From Alphaproteobacteria bacterium (GTDB lineage Bacteria > Pseudomonadota > Alphaproteobacteria > MPNO01 > UBA830): DNA of 64,000 nt. Numbering within the stretch: position 1 is the first letter of the stretch; each line of letters opens with the position of its first letter. The stretch spans positions 5,824,001 through 5,888,000 of the forward strand of contig OZ251539.1 of the NCBI GenBank assembly GCA_965243135.1, read 5' to 3'. Under the pieces are notes generated by a model that was not told the DNA's origin, did not search any database, and worked only from the letters and a program-made list of their open reading frames with translations. Made by a program: the position numbers and the translations under genes. Below are positions 31,041 through 41,263 of this stretch, piece by piece.

Positions 31041-33371
31041 ATGGGAAGGGCGCCGTCACCCTGGGCCACCAGGATCCCCTACGAAGAAAAGAAGCTGAAG
31101 GTCGTCGGATCGAATCCGACGGCGCGCGGCGACGCGGTCGACAAGGTCACCGGACGGGCGCGGTTCGCCGCCGACGTCAAGCTGCCGGGGCAGCTCTTCG
31201 GCAAGGTTCTGCGCAGCCCTCACGCCCGCGCGAATTTGATTTCGATCGACGCGTCCGAAGCCGAAAGGCTGCCGGGCGTGAAGGCGGTCGTCACGCGCGA
31301 CGATTTTCCCGACATGGAGGTCGAGCACGCCGCGTCGGGCGAACTCATGGTCAATTTCCGCGACGTCACCCGCAACATGATGGCGCGCGAGAACGTGCTT
31401 TACGACGGCCATCCGGTCGCCGCCGTCGCCGCCGCGAGCGATGCGGTCGCCCGCCGGGCGTTGAAGCTGATCAAGGTCGAGTACGAGGTGTTGCCGCACG
31501 TGATCGACGTCGTCGAGGCGATGAAGCCGGACGCTCCCGTTCTCCACGAGGACCAGTTCACGCGCGGCGTCGACCCTGCGCCCGACCGGCCGTCGAACGT
31601 CGCGGCGCGCCTCGAAAGCAAGCTGGGCGACGTCGAGAAGGGCTTCGCCGAGGCCGACGTGATCGTCGAGCGCGAATGCAGCACCAAGCCGGTCCATCAG
31701 GGGTATATCGAGCCTCAGGCCTGCGTCGCGAACTATACCGAAGGCGGCTACGCCGAAGTGTGGACCTCGACGCAGGGGCATTTCGTGTTCCGGGCGCAGA
31801 TCGCCAAGCTGCTGAAGATGGACATGTCGAAGGTCAAGGTGATTCCGACGGAAATCGGCGGCGGCTTCGGAGGAAAGAACAACGTCTATCTCGAGCCGCT
31901 GGCCGTGGCGTTGTCGCGCAAGGCGAAGCGCCCGGTCAGGATCGTCATGGACCGCGACGAAGTATTCCGCGCGACGGGGCCGACCTCGGGCACGAACGTC
32001 AAGGTCAAGATGGGCGCGACCCGCGACGGCCGCATCACGGCGGCCCAGGCCGAACTCAACTACCAGTCCGGCGCCTACGCGGGATCGTCGTTGCCGCTGG
32101 CCACCATCACCGTCTTCACCCGATACGACATCGACAACGTCCTGGTGGTCGGCCACGACGTGACCACCAACAGGCCGAAAGTCGCCGCTTATCGGGCGCC
32201 CGGCGCGCCGATGGTGGCGTTCGGCGTCGAGACCGTGATCGACGAGCTCGCCGAGGAACTCGGCATGGATCCTGTCGACATTCGTCTGAAGAACGCCGCG
32301 AAGGAAGGGACGCAGACTCATTTCGGACCCAAGCTGGGGCCGATCGGCTTCATCCAGACCCTGGAGAAAGCGAAGGCGCATCCGCACATGCGGGAAAAGC
32401 TGGGACCCGACCAGGGGCGGGGCGTCGCGTCGGGCTTCTGGTTCACGCTGGGCGCGGAGACCTCCGCCACGTTGAACATTGGCGAGGACGGAACGGCGAC
32501 GCTGATCTTCGGCACGGTCGACGTGACCGGCGGTTCGCGCGCGGCGTTCGCCATGATCGTTGCCGAGGAACTTGGCATACCGTTCGAGAAGGTGCGGACG
32601 ATGTCGGGAGACACCAGCGCGCTCGGCTTCAACTTCATGACGGCGGGAAGCCGCGGCACCGCGGCGGGCAGCATGGCCGCCGTCAAGGCCTCGCGGAACG
32701 CGATCGCTCGCATGTGCGAAATCGCGGCCCGAAAGTGGGAAGTCGATCCCGAACAGGTCGTCTGGGAGGACGGCAAGGCGCGTCCGGCCGGCGCCAACGT
32801 CGGCGATTTCGAACCGATGTCGGTTGCGGAAATCGTGCGCGAAGCCGCCTGGTTCGGCGGTTCCGTCGCGGGCCACGCGGAGATCAACGTCGCTCAGGGC
32901 GGGCCGGGCTTCGGGACGCACGTCGTCGACGTGGAGGTCGACCGCAAGACCGGCGCCGTCAAGGTATTGCGCTACACGATCGTTCAGGATGCCGGCAAGG
33001 CGGTCTATCCGGAGTTCATCGAAGGCCAGTTCCAGGGCGGCGCGGTGCAGGGAATCGGGTTCGCGCTGAACGAGGAGTACATCTACAACGAACGCGGCGT
33101 CCTGGAGAACCCCGGTTTTCTCGACTACCGCGTTCCGGTCGCCTCGGACGTGCCGTTCATCAATACGGAGATCGTGGAGGCGCCCAACCCGGATCACCCC
33201 TACGGCGTTCGCGGGATCGGCGAGGTGCCGATCATCCCGCCGCTGGCGGCGATCTCCAACGCGATCTACGACGCGGTCGGCGTGCGGCTGCGCGACCATC
33301 CGATGTCCCCGCCGAAGATCCTGAAGGCGTTGAAGGAACGGGCGCTGGAGGAGCGGATCGCCGCGGAATGA
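31041..33371 (+). CDS. Xanthine dehydrogenase family molybdopterin-binding subunit
   Basis: GGGFGGK, AYRAPG, GQFQGGAVQGIG, GIGE. Confidence 0.92.
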   Translation: MGRAPSPWATRIPYEEKKLKVVGSNPTARGDAVDKVTGRARFAADVKLPGQLFGKVLRSPHARANLISIDASEAERLPGVKAVVTRDDFPDMEVEHAASGELMVNFRDVTRNMMARENVLYDGHPVAAVAAASDAVARRALKLIKVEYEVLPHVIDVVEAMKPDAPVLHEDQFTRGVDPAPDRPSNVAARLESKLGDVEKGFAEADVIVERECSTKPVHQGYIEPQACVANYTEGGYAEVWTSTQGHFVFRAQIAKLLKMDMSKVKVIPTEIGGGFGGKNNVYLEPLAVALSRKAKRPVRIVMDRDEVFRATGPTSGTNVKVKMGATRDGRITAAQAELNYQSGAYAGSSLPLATITVFTRYDIDNVLVVGHDVTTNRPKVAAYRAPGAPMVAFGVETVIDELAEELGMDPVDIRLKNAAKEGTQTHFGPKLGPIGFIQTLEKAKAHPHMREKLGPDQGRGVASGFWFTLGAETSATLNIGEDGTATLIFGTVDVTGGSRAAFAMIVAEELGIPFEKVRTMSGDTSALGFNFMTAGSRGTAAGSMAAVKASRNAIARMCEIAARKWEVDPEQVVWEDGKARPAGANVGDFEPMSVAEIVREAAWFGGSVAGHAEINVAQGGPGFGTHVVDVEVDRKTGAVKVLRYTIVQDAGKAVYPEFIEGQFQGGAVQGIGFALNEEYIYNERGVLENPGFLDYRVPVASDVPFINTEIVEAPNPDHPYGVRGIGEVPIIPPLAAISNAIYDAVGVRLRDHPMSPPKILKALKERALEERIAAE

Positions 33372-34360
33372 CGCGGGCGGCGCGGCTCTCCGGCGTTCCG
33401 GTGATCGATATCGGGGGATTCCGCGCCGGAGCCGACAAGGCGGATATCGCGGCGCAGGTGGCGCAAGCGTGCCGCGACATCGGCTTTCTCGTGATCTCGG
33501 GACACGGCGTGCCCGAAGAACTCGTCGATCGGATCGACCGCGTCTCGCGCGCGTTCTTCGACCTGCCGCTCGACGAGAAAATGGCCGTCGCTCGTCCGGC
33601 GCGCGACGTGACGCGCGGATACGTTCCGCTGGAGAACGAGGCCGTGGCCGCAAGCCGGGGGGCGGCGCCGGAAGGCGATCTGAACGAATCCTTCATGATC
33701 GGGCCGGTCGACGCGAACCTGGACGATCCCTATTGCCGCCGCGCCGCCGCCGGAACCCATTTCCATCCCAATCTGTGGCCCGACCGTCCGTCGGGCTTGC
33801 GGGAGGCTTTCACCGGCTACTACCGGGCGATGAGCGCGCTTGCGGCGATGTTGATGCGCATATTCGCCCTTGCGCTGAACTTGCCCGAAACCTGGTTCGA
33901 CTCCAGGATCGATCGCCATGTCAGCCGGCTTCGAGTGCGCAATTATCCTCCTTGCAGACCCCGGGCCGGGCAGCTTCGCGCCGGCCCCCACAGCGATTAC
34001 GGAAGCCTGACGATCCTGAAGACGGAAGCTGTTCCGGGCGGCCTTCAAGTGATGAACGAGGCTGGCGAATGGACCGACGTTCCCGCGTTGCCGGAAACGT
34101 TCGTCGTCAATCTCGGCGACATGATGGCGCGATGGACCAATGATCGTTGGGTATCGACGCTGCATCGCGTCGCGAACCCGCCTTCCGGCGAAACCAATCG
34201 GCGCCAGTCGATCGTGTTCTTCCACAACCCGAACTACGATGCGGTGATCGACTGCATTCCGTCTTGCGGCGCGTCCGCCTATCCGCCCGTCGCGGCGGGC
34301 GCGTATCTGAACGAGAAATTCACCCGTACTCAGGGAACGGGCAAGGCGGCGGCGCGGTAG
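33368..34360 (+). CDS. 2OG-Fe(II) dioxygenase (IPNS family)
   Basis: ACRDIGFLVISGHGV, HSDYGSLTIL, STLHRV, RQS. Confidence 0.9.
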   Translation: MTRAARLSGVPVIDIGGFRAGADKADIAAQVAQACRDIGFLVISGHGVPEELVDRIDRVSRAFFDLPLDEKMAVARPARDVTRGYVPLENEAVAASRGAAPEGDLNESFMIGPVDANLDDPYCRRAAAGTHFHPNLWPDRPSGLREAFTGYYRAMSALAAMLMRIFALALNLPETWFDSRIDRHVSRLRVRNYPPCRPRAGQLRAGPHSDYGSLTILKTEAVPGGLQVMNEAGEWTDVPALPETFVVNLGDMMARWTNDRWVSTLHRVANPPSGETNRRQSIVFFHNPNYDAVIDCIPSCGASAYPPVAAGAYLNEKFTRTQGTGKAAAR

Positions 34361-34438
34361 GAAGCGTCCGAAAACGCCGTCGCGGGCAGGCGCCTTTTCG
34401 GGCTTCGGCAGCTCGGGATGAAGCAGGGGGAGGGATAG

Positions 34439-35413
34439 ATGCAAGGCAAGGTTGCGCTCGAGGAACACTACGCTATCGAGGACACGCTCATGGATTCGGC
34501 GGGCTACTTGCCGGAATACACATGGGAGGAGTTGTCCGCCCGCGTTCTCGATGTCGAGGGCAGGCGCATCGAGGAAATGGACAGGCATGGAATCGAAATC
34601 ATGATTCTGTCCCTCAACGCGCCCGCGGTGCAGGCGATTCCCGATCGCCGCAGGGCCGGAGACGTCGCTCGCAAGGCCAACGACAATCTGGCCGAATGGG
34701 TGGGCCGGCATCCCGGCCGTTTTCGCGGCTTCGCGGCGTTGCCGCTGCAGGACGTGGAAACGGCTTGCGCGGAGATGGAGCGCTGCGTGAAGGAACTCGG
34801 CTTCGTGGGGGCGCTTGTCAACGGGTTCTCGCAGATCGACGACCCTGAAACCGCCTACTACTACGACTTGCCGCAGTTCCGGCCGTTCTGGAACTTGATG
34901 GCCGAACTGGACGTCCCGTTCTACCTGCACCCGCGCAATCCGTTGCCGAGCATGGCGCAGATCTACGACGGCCATCCCTGGCTGCTCGGCCCGACCTGGG
35001 CGTTCGGCCAGGAAACCGCGGTTCATGCATTGCGTCTGATGGCGTCCGGGGTGTTCGACGAACATCCGAACCTGCAGATCGTTCTCGGCCATATGGGGGA
35101 AGGGTTGCCGTTCAGCATTTGGCGCTGCGACAACCGGAACGCGTGGACCGGCGCGCCGCCCGGCTATCCGGCGAAGCGGAGATTCGCGGAGTATCTGCAG
35201 GACAATTTCTACATCACGACGTCGGGAAACTTCCGCACCCAGGCTCTGATCAACACCATGCTCGAAGTCGGCGCGGACAGAATCCTGTTTTCCGCGGACT
35301 GGCCGTTCGAGAACGTCAGCCATGCCGCCGAGTGGTTCGACGTTTGCCCGATCAGCGAGGCCGATCGCAAAAAGATCGGCCGCTCCAACGCGATGCGGCT
35401 TTTCAGGCTGTGA
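34439..35413 (+). CDS. Amidohydrolase-family aromatic acid decarboxylase (gamma-resorcylate decarboxylase-like)
   Basis: MQGKVALEEH, SLNAPAVQ, FYLHP, LGHMGEGLP, TTSGNF, FSADWPFE. Confidence 0.85.
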   Translation: MQGKVALEEHYAIEDTLMDSAGYLPEYTWEELSARVLDVEGRRIEEMDRHGIEIMILSLNAPAVQAIPDRRRAGDVARKANDNLAEWVGRHPGRFRGFAALPLQDVETACAEMERCVKELGFVGALVNGFSQIDDPETAYYYDLPQFRPFWNLMAELDVPFYLHPRNPLPSMAQIYDGHPWLLGPTWAFGQETAVHALRLMASGVFDEHPNLQIVLGHMGEGLPFSIWRCDNRNAWTGAPPGYPAKRRFAEYLQDNFYITTSGNFRTQALINTMLEVGADRILFSADWPFENVSHAAEWFDVCPISEADRKKIGRSNAMRLFRL

Positions 35414-36194
35414 GCTTCGCGGGAAGGGCGATGGAAATCGCGTAGATCGCCGCCGAGGCGACGACGATGGAAGGGCCGGACGGCGTGTCCCAGATCAGAG
35501 ACGCCTGAAGGCCGGCCGTCACCCCCAAGACGCCGAGCAACGCCGCGAGCAACGCCATCCGCTCGGGAGTCCGCGCGAAACGCCGGGCGGTCGCCGCGGG
35601 TATGATCAGCAGCGCGGTGACCATCATGATGCCGACGACTTTCATCGCCATCGCGATGACGAGCGCGAACAGAAGCATGAAAGCGGTCTGGGTTCGCGGC
35701 ACGTCGACGCCTTCGACGCGCGCGAGGTCCTCGTGAACCGTGATCGCCACGAGGTCTCGCCATAGCCAGGCGAGGATGCCGAGGGCCGCCGCGCCGCCTC
35801 CGTAGATCCAGATTATGTCCGTGGCCGAGGTCGCCAGGATGTCTCCGAACAGATAGGCCATCAAATCGACCCGCAGCGTCGCCAGAAACGAGACTGCGAC
35901 AAGTCCCAGGCCGAGCGAGGAATGCGCGAGGATGCCCAGCAGCGTGTCTTCCGCAAGGTGCCGCTGGTGGCGCAGCAGCACCATGGCGAAGGCGACTCCC
36001 AGGCAGACTGCGACGATGCCGATGTTGATGTCGATCCCCGTTATCAGTCCGAACGTGACGCCGAGCAGCGCCGAGTGGGCGAGCGTGTCTCCGAAATAGG
36101 CCATCCGGCGCCACACGACGAAGACGCCGGCCGCTCCCATGACGATCGCGACGCCGGTCCCGGCGACGAGGGCGCGCAGAACGAAATCAGGCAT
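35403..36194 (-). CDS. znuB: Zinc ABC transporter permease
   Basis: WRRMAYFGDTLAHSALLG, YLFGDIL. Confidence 0.92.
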   Translation of the reverse strand: MPDFVLRALVAGTGVAIVMGAAGVFVVWRRMAYFGDTLAHSALLGVTFGLITGIDINIGIVAVCLGVAFAMVLLRHQRHLAEDTLLGILAHSSLGLGLVAVSFLATLRVDLMAYLFGDILATSATDIIWIYGGGAAALGILAWLWRDLVAITVHEDLARVEGVDVPRTQTAFMLLFALVIAMAMKVVGIMMVTALLIIPAATARRFARTPERMALLAALLGVLGVTAGLQASLIWDTPSGPSIVVASAAIYAISIALPAKLTA

Positions 36195-36909
36195 GCCGAT
36201 GGTCGTGGCTGTGGGAATAGACGGCGATCGTGGCGGGCCTGTCGCCCAGAAGGGCGAGATAGGCCGGGTGCTGGGAAACGTCCTCGGGCACTCCGGAACA
36301 GCAGACGTGTCCGTTCAGGCACAGGACCCGGTCGGTCGCCGCCATGACCAGGTGAAGGTCGTGCGAAACCATCAGAACGCCGCATCTCCGGGAATCGCGG
36401 ACCGAACGGATCAATTCGTGGATTTCGGTCTGTCCGCGCACGTCGACGTTCGCGGTCGGTTCGTCGAGCACCAGCAGGTCGGGCCTGCGCAGCAGGGCGC
36501 GGGCCAGCAGCACGCGATGGAGTTCTCCGCCGGACAGGAGACGGATCTCGTGTTCCATCACTTCCGGCGCGCCAACTTGCTCGAGTGCCTTCGAGAGCGC
36601 GGCCGGATCCCGTTCGCCGCTCAATTCGAGAAAGCGGCGCACGCTGATCGGCAGCGTGCGGTCGACCCTCAGACGTTGGGGCATGTAGCCGACGCGCAGA
36701 CCCGGCGCCGAATCGATCCTGCCCTTGTCGGGCCGCTGGAGGCCCAGCAGCGTGCGGATCAGCGTCGTTTTGCCGGAGCCGTTGGGGCCGATGAGCGTGA
36801 GAATTTGTTCCGGTTCGACCGCGATGTCGACGTCGTCGAGAATGGTCCGACGTCCCTTGCGGACGACGATGCCGGCTCCCCGCAGAAGAGGGCGCTTTTC
36901 GTCACCCAC
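36187..36909 (-). CDS. znuC: Zinc ABC transporter ATPase
   Basis: GPNGSGKT, LSGGE, LDEP, HVCCSG, His tail. Confidence 0.92.
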   Translation of the reverse strand: MGDEKRPLLRGAGIVVRKGRRTILDDVDIAVEPEQILTLIGPNGSGKTTLIRTLLGLQRPDKGRIDSAPGLRVGYMPQRLRVDRTLPISVRRFLELSGERDPAALSKALEQVGAPEVMEHEIRLLSGGELHRVLLARALLRRPDLLVLDEPTANVDVRGQTEIHELIRSVRDSRRCGVLMVSHDLHLVMAATDRVLCLNGHVCCSGVPEDVSQHPAYLALLGDRPATIAVYSHSHDHRHA

Positions 36910-37411
36910 GAGAGGCGCAATCTTTGCAGGAACCCTGCAGTTCGATCGTTTGGCGCGAGACGCTGAATCCTGCGCGCGACGCCTTGCTGGAGACGAGGGT
37001 GGCGACCTCGGGATCGTCGAGTTCGGCTACGCGCCTGCAGTCGATGCAGATCAGGAACTGCGCGGTATGCGCCCCGTCGGGCTTGCGGCAACCGACGAAG
37101 GCGTTGAGGGATTCGATCTTGTGCACGAGGCCATGCGTCAACAGGAAGTTGAGCGCGCGATAGACCGTAGGCGGGGCGGCCGCGCCGCGCTCTTCGCTCA
37201 GCTGCTCGAGGATATGGTAGGCGCCGATCGGCGCGTGGTGTTCCCAAACGATCTCCAGAACCCGTTTCCGGATTCCGGTGAGACGAAGATTGCCCTCGCG
37301 GCAGATTCGCTCCGCGGCGTTCAGGGCGTTCTCGATGCACTGCGCGTGATCGTGTTCTTTGGAAGGAAAGGCGGCATTGTCCACCGTGGAGATCTCCGTA
37401 ACGGATAACAT
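36902..37411 (-). CDS. zur: Zinc uptake regulator (Fur family)
   Basis: HDHAQC, PPTVYRAL, HKIESLNAFVGC, CxxC pairs. Confidence 0.9.
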   Translation of the reverse strand: MLSVTEISTVDNAAFPSKEHDHAQCIENALNAAERICREGNLRLTGIRKRVLEIVWEHHAPIGAYHILEQLSEERGAAAPPTVYRALNFLLTHGLVHKIESLNAFVGCRKPDGAHTAQFLICIDCRRVAELDDPEVATLVSSKASRAGFSVSRQTIELQGSCKDCASRG

Positions 37412-37554
37412 GAAATAATGTAACCCCTAATCAACTCCGAATCCAAGAACGGCGCGGTCATTGCCAAGCGCCGCCCGCGAGGCGGCCGCGGCGCGGGAGG
37501 CAGCGGGTCGCCCTGCCTCCTTCGCGTTCCGGCCTCCGCGCGCGCTGCGCGCCG

Positions 37555-38661
37555 TTACCCCAAGCATTTCCGGATCGATGCGGCCATGGCGCGGACGAGG
37601 GAGAAATACAGTTCGGGGCCGTCTTCCATCGCCGCTCCGAGGGGATCGAGAACGCCCGTCCGGGTGTTCGTCCCCTCGACGACGACGTCGACGAGCGAAG
37701 AGGAAAACTGCGGTTCCCGGAAGACGCACGCCGCAGAGGTTTCGCGCAATCTCTCGCGAATCTCGGCGACGCGCTGCGCGCCCGGAAGACGTTCCGGAGC
37801 GAGCGCGATCGCCCCGGCGGCGGTCAGGCCGAAGCGTTTTTCGAAGTATTGGTAGGCATCGTGAAACACGATGAACGGTTTGCCTCGAACGGGCGTCAGC
37901 GTTTCGCCGACTTCCTTGATCAGCGCGTCCAGGCGGGAAGCGAGCTCCCGTCCGTTCTTCGCGTAGACCGAGGCGTTCGCCGGATCGGCGGCGGACATCG
38001 TCTCGACGATCGATTCCGCCATCGCCCGGGCGTTCGCCGGATCGAGCCAGACATGCAGGTCGTGCTCCGCGTGTTGGCGGCGTTCGTCGTGGTGCTCGTC
38101 CGCTTCGGCATGCTTGTCGTGGCCGTGGCCGTGCTCCTTGTCCGCTTCGGCATGCTTGTCGTGGCCGTGGCCGTGCTCCTCGTCCGCTTCGGCGTGCTTG
38201 CCATGGCCGTGACCGTGCTCCTTGTCCGCTTCGGCGTGCTTGCCATGGCCGTGACCGTGGTCCTCGTCCGCTTCGGCGTGGTGCGCGTGGTCGTGGTGTT
38301 CGAAAGCGGCGTTCAGGCGGAGAGATCTCAGGACCATGCCCGGCGCGCGGAACAACGACACCACTCGGGCTTCGCGGCCAAGCGTCCGGATCGGGCCGGA
38401 CAGCGTGGCTTCGAAATCCTCGTCGATCCGGAAAATCACGCGAGCGTTTTCGAGCGCTTCGGCGTCGGAGGGCCGCATGGCGTAGCCGTGGGGGGAAGCC
38501 GCGCCCTTAATCAGAAGATGAGGCTTCGCGACGCCGGCTGTGACGAAACTCACCAGCGAGTGCAACGGCTTGATCGTGGCGACGATCCCGTCGGCCGCCG
38601 CCGGGCCGCAGAAGCCGACGATAGCCAAGGCCAGCAGTTTTCCCGTAGTCTTTGCGTGCAT
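37555..38661 (-). CDS. znuA: Zinc ABC transporter substrate-binding protein
   Basis: TIKPLHSL, SPHGY, His-rich loop, HVWLDP, FHDAYQYFE. Confidence 0.93.
   Translation of the reverse strand: MHAKTTGKLLALAIVGFCGPAAADGIVATIKPLHSLVSFVTAGVAKPHLLIKGAASPHGYAMRPSDAEALENARVIFRIDEDFEATLSGPIRTLGREARVVSLFRAPGMVLRSLRLNAAFEHHDHAHHAEADEDHGHGHGKHAEADKEHGHGHGKHAEADEEHGHGHDKHAEADKEHGHGHDKHAEADEHHDERRQHAEHDLHVWLDPANARAMAESIVETMSAADPANASVYAKNGRELASRLDALIKEVGETLTPVRGKPFIVFHDAYQYFEKRFGLTAAGAIALAPERLPGAQRVAEIRERLRETSAACVFREPQFSSSLVDVVVEGTNTRTGVLDPLGAAMEDGPELYFSLVRAMAASIRKCLG
38098..38280. repeat. 42-bp tandem repeat (~4.4 units) in the znuA His loop
   Basis: GTCCGCTTCGGC recurs at 38098, 38140, 38182, 38224, 38266 and encodes HAEAD(E/K)(E/D)HGHGH(G/D)K. 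Confidence 0.9.
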
Positions 38662-38673
38662 GGTCGTATCCTT

Positions 38674-38908
38674 TCAGAATTCGGCGGAAAGCAGGGTGGC
38701 GAAGGCGTCGGAGTTCTTTCCGTCGCCGCCTTCCGCTTCGTCGTAACTGGTGTCGCGCTTCTCGACGATCGCCCTGTCCTGCGCCGCGACTCGCTCTTCC
38801 AGACAGCGTATGCGCCGCTCCATCTTGGCGAGGCGCTCCTCGAAGTAGTCCTGCGCCATGGCAGGCAAGGATTACCGCAGCGACGGCCGCCAAGGTTCCC
38901 GGTCTCAT
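38674..38908 (-). pseudogene. Internally deleted outer-membrane porin remnant (LbtU-like)
   Basis: Frameshifted signal peptide, short coiled coil, and C-terminus GGDGKNSDAFATLLSAEF ending in Phe. Confidence 0.45.
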
Positions 38909-38937
38909 GGGTAGTCCTTCCGTGACATTGACAACTG

Positions 38938-38966
38938 ATCGTAATGATATAATGTATCATTACGAT
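38938..38966. promoter_or_regulatory. Putative Zur operator
   Basis: Perfect palindrome ATCGTAATGATA-TAATG-TATCATTACGAT upstream of the znu operon. Confidence 0.65.
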
Positions 38967-38982
38967 TATATCAACCCCTTCC

Positions 38983-39500
38983 CCAGCGGAGCCGTTTGCG
39001 CTGCGCCATTTTTTGCCGACCCGCCGCCGAGTCCCCGATCCGCGCTGAATTCCTTGCAGCGCCCGGCCAGCAGCGGCGTTTCCAGCCTGTCCCCGTCCAG
39101 TTCCTTGACCTCGGACCGCGGCGCCCGGGCAACGTCGAAGACTACCGGGATTTCGTGCTTGGTATCCGCGCGCAGCCCGAACCACGAATTGACCTTCAGC
39201 TCGCCTGTCTTCCCGTCGGCGGTCTCGCGCTTCCCCCGATCGGCGTCGGAAGTCTTTTGCGGCTGACCTGCCCCGTCGAGCGGTTGTCCACCGCCTTGCC
39301 GTCCGAGGCGCTCGCCGAAGTCCGGCAACTCGGCCTTGCTCCGTCCTCCGCGCACGCAAGTCCGTCGACGGTCTCGACGGAACCGAAGCCGCGATCGTCG
39401 CTTTCGGACGCAAGCTCTTCGGAGAACGCCGGATATCGCCGGAAACTTGGGCGCGGCTTTCGAGCCGGTTCGAGCGGCGGATGAATCTCGTCCGGCACGC
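38983..39500 (-). mobile_element. IS remnant (central DDE transposase region plus element end), copy 3
   Basis: Fragments LPDFGERL, DGKAVDNRSTGQ, VNSWFG, ADTKHEIPV, CKEFSADRGL; end motif shared with ~7750. Confidence 0.6.
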
Positions 39501-39575
39501 AAGCGATGCCTGCGGCCGTTGCGTTCGACGGCCCGAGAACGTTCCGCCAGGTTCGCCGCCGCGCGAATGACGCGT

Positions 39576-40109
39576 TCAGTCGGCGGCTTCAGGATCCACT
39601 TCCAGCGCCTGCAGGACGCGGGTATGGGCGACGTAGGCGCCGATCAGGACCGTCAGTTCCACGAGCTGCCGCTCGTCGAAGCAGGCGCGCAGCGGTTCGA
39701 AAACCTTGTCGGGCACGACGATGTCGTGGAACACGGAGTCGACATAGGCGAGGGCGGCGCGCTCGCGCGCGTCGAACAGCTCCGAGCTTCTCCAGTCTTG
39801 CAACGCCGCGCACGCTTCGGGCGGAACGCCCTCCGCGCCCGCGAGTTCCGGCACATGCTGCCTCAGAACGTAGGCCGATCCCGCCATATGCGCGAGGCGC
39901 ACGATCACGATCTCGCGCAGCTTTCCGTCGATGGCGGTATCCCAGCGCACCCGATTGATGTGCTCGAACCAGCTCTCCGCCAGCGGCGGAGAATGAAGCA
40001 GCATTCGGTAGACGTTGATGACGCGGCCGCGGCGGCGGCTGCGCACTCGGCGCGCGAACCCCGCCAGTTCGGGTTGCCGGTCGGGGTCGATCAAGGGTAT
40101 GCGGGCCAT
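39576..40109 (-). CDS. Carboxymuconolactone decarboxylase/AhpD family protein
   Basis: NVYRMLLHSP, LREIVIVR, ERAALAY, LVELTVLIGAY. Confidence 0.85.
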   Translation of the reverse strand: MARIPLIDPDRQPELAGFARRVRSRRRGRVINVYRMLLHSPPLAESWFEHINRVRWDTAIDGKLREIVIVRLAHMAGSAYVLRQHVPELAGAEGVPPEACAALQDWRSSELFDARERAALAYVDSVFHDIVVPDKVFEPLRACFDERQLVELTVLIGAYVAHTRVLQALEVDPEAAD

Positions 40110-40156
40110 GGCGAAACTCCATGCGGCGAAACGCGCGCAAGACGACGGAGAGGATA

Positions 40157-41263
40157 GTGACGACTATAGCGGTCGAGGACGACAAGATTCTGCGATCCCT
40201 TCAGGTTCTTCTGGATCCTGCGGTCGATCCGGCGCGGGTCGATGCGTTTCGGGACTATCTGTCGTTCGACGAGCCGGATCCGGACGGTTGGTTCGATACC
40301 GTGCGCGGACGCTCGGCGTCCATCTATCCCTGCAGCGTGGTCATGGTTCGCGACGAGGCCGAAATGCGCGCGGCATTGCGCGGCGCGAGCGCGGTCGTGA
40401 CCGAGAGCCTCAGAATCGGGGCGGGAGATCTCGCGCCCGGACTGAAGCTCGTCCAGAAATTCGGCGTCGACGCGCGGAACATCGACGCGGCCGCCTGCGA
40501 AGCCGCCGGCGTCGCGGTGCGCACCTTGCGGCGCAGGGTGAACGGCGCGGTGGCCGAACATGCGCTGCTTCTGATGATGGCGGTCGGACGCAAGCTGGTG
40601 GAGACCCACGGCGCCCTCGACTTCGCGACGCTGCGGTCGCTCGGGTATGCGCCGAAAACGTTCGACGGCCGCCATGTCGCGGGGGCGAACTGGGCGCGGA
40701 TAACGGGCCTCAAGAGCCTTCAGGGCGCCGCTCTCGGCATACTGGGTTTCGGCGAGACGGGACGCGAGGCGGCGGCGCGGGCGGCGGCCATGGGGATGGA
40801 CATCCTCTATCATCAGCGTTCGCGCGCGCCGGAAGGGGTCGAGGCGGCGTTCAACGCGCGATACGTCTCGTTCGGGGAACTGCTCGGGCGGGCGGATTTC
40901 GTCAGCGTTCACCTGCCTTTGAACGACTCTACCGAAGGCATGATCGATTCGGCCGCCTTCTCGCGCATGAAGCCGGGCGCCGTGCTCGTCAACGTTTCGC
41001 GCGCGCGGATCGTCGACCGCGGCGCGCTGATCGCCGCGCTCGACGAAGGAAGGCTCGGCGGGGCGGGGCTCGACGTCCATTACGAGGAGCCCGGCGCGCC
41101 GGACGAGCCGCTCAAGCAATACCGCAACGTGGTTCTGAGCCCGCACATCGCGGTCGGAGCGCGGCAGCACAACATGGCGGATATCGCTGAATTGGCTGCC
41201 TGTCTCGCGGACGGCCTGGATGACGGAAGCCATGCCTCCGACGGTCGAACCCGGGCAGGATAA
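40157..41263 (+). CDS. D-isomer specific 2-hydroxyacid dehydrogenase family
   Basis: VAEHA, GILGFGETG, VHLPLN, NVSRA, GLDV, SPHIA. Confidence 0.88.
   Translation: MTTIAVEDDKILRSLQVLLDPAVDPARVDAFRDYLSFDEPDPDGWFDTVRGRSASIYPCSVVMVRDEAEMRAALRGASAVVTESLRIGAGDLAPGLKLVQKFGVDARNIDAAACEAAGVAVRTLRRRVNGAVAEHALLLMMAVGRKLVETHGALDFATLRSLGYAPKTFDGRHVAGANWARITGLKSLQGAALGILGFGETGREAAARAAAMGMDILYHQRSRAPEGVEAAFNARYVSFGELLGRADFVSVHLPLNDSTEGMIDSAAFSRMKPGAVLVNVSRARIVDRGALIAALDEGRLGGAGLDVHYEEPGAPDEPLKQYRNVVLSPHIAVGARQHNMADIAELAACLADGLDDGSHASDGRTRAG

Noticed and set aside
29704-33371. Aerobic CO dehydrogenase coxMSL
   Set aside because: The active-site loop is AYRAPG, not a CODH motif
38098-38280. Periodic repeat as a possible CRISPR array
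   Set aside because: No unique spacers; in-frame coding repeat within znuA; no cas genes
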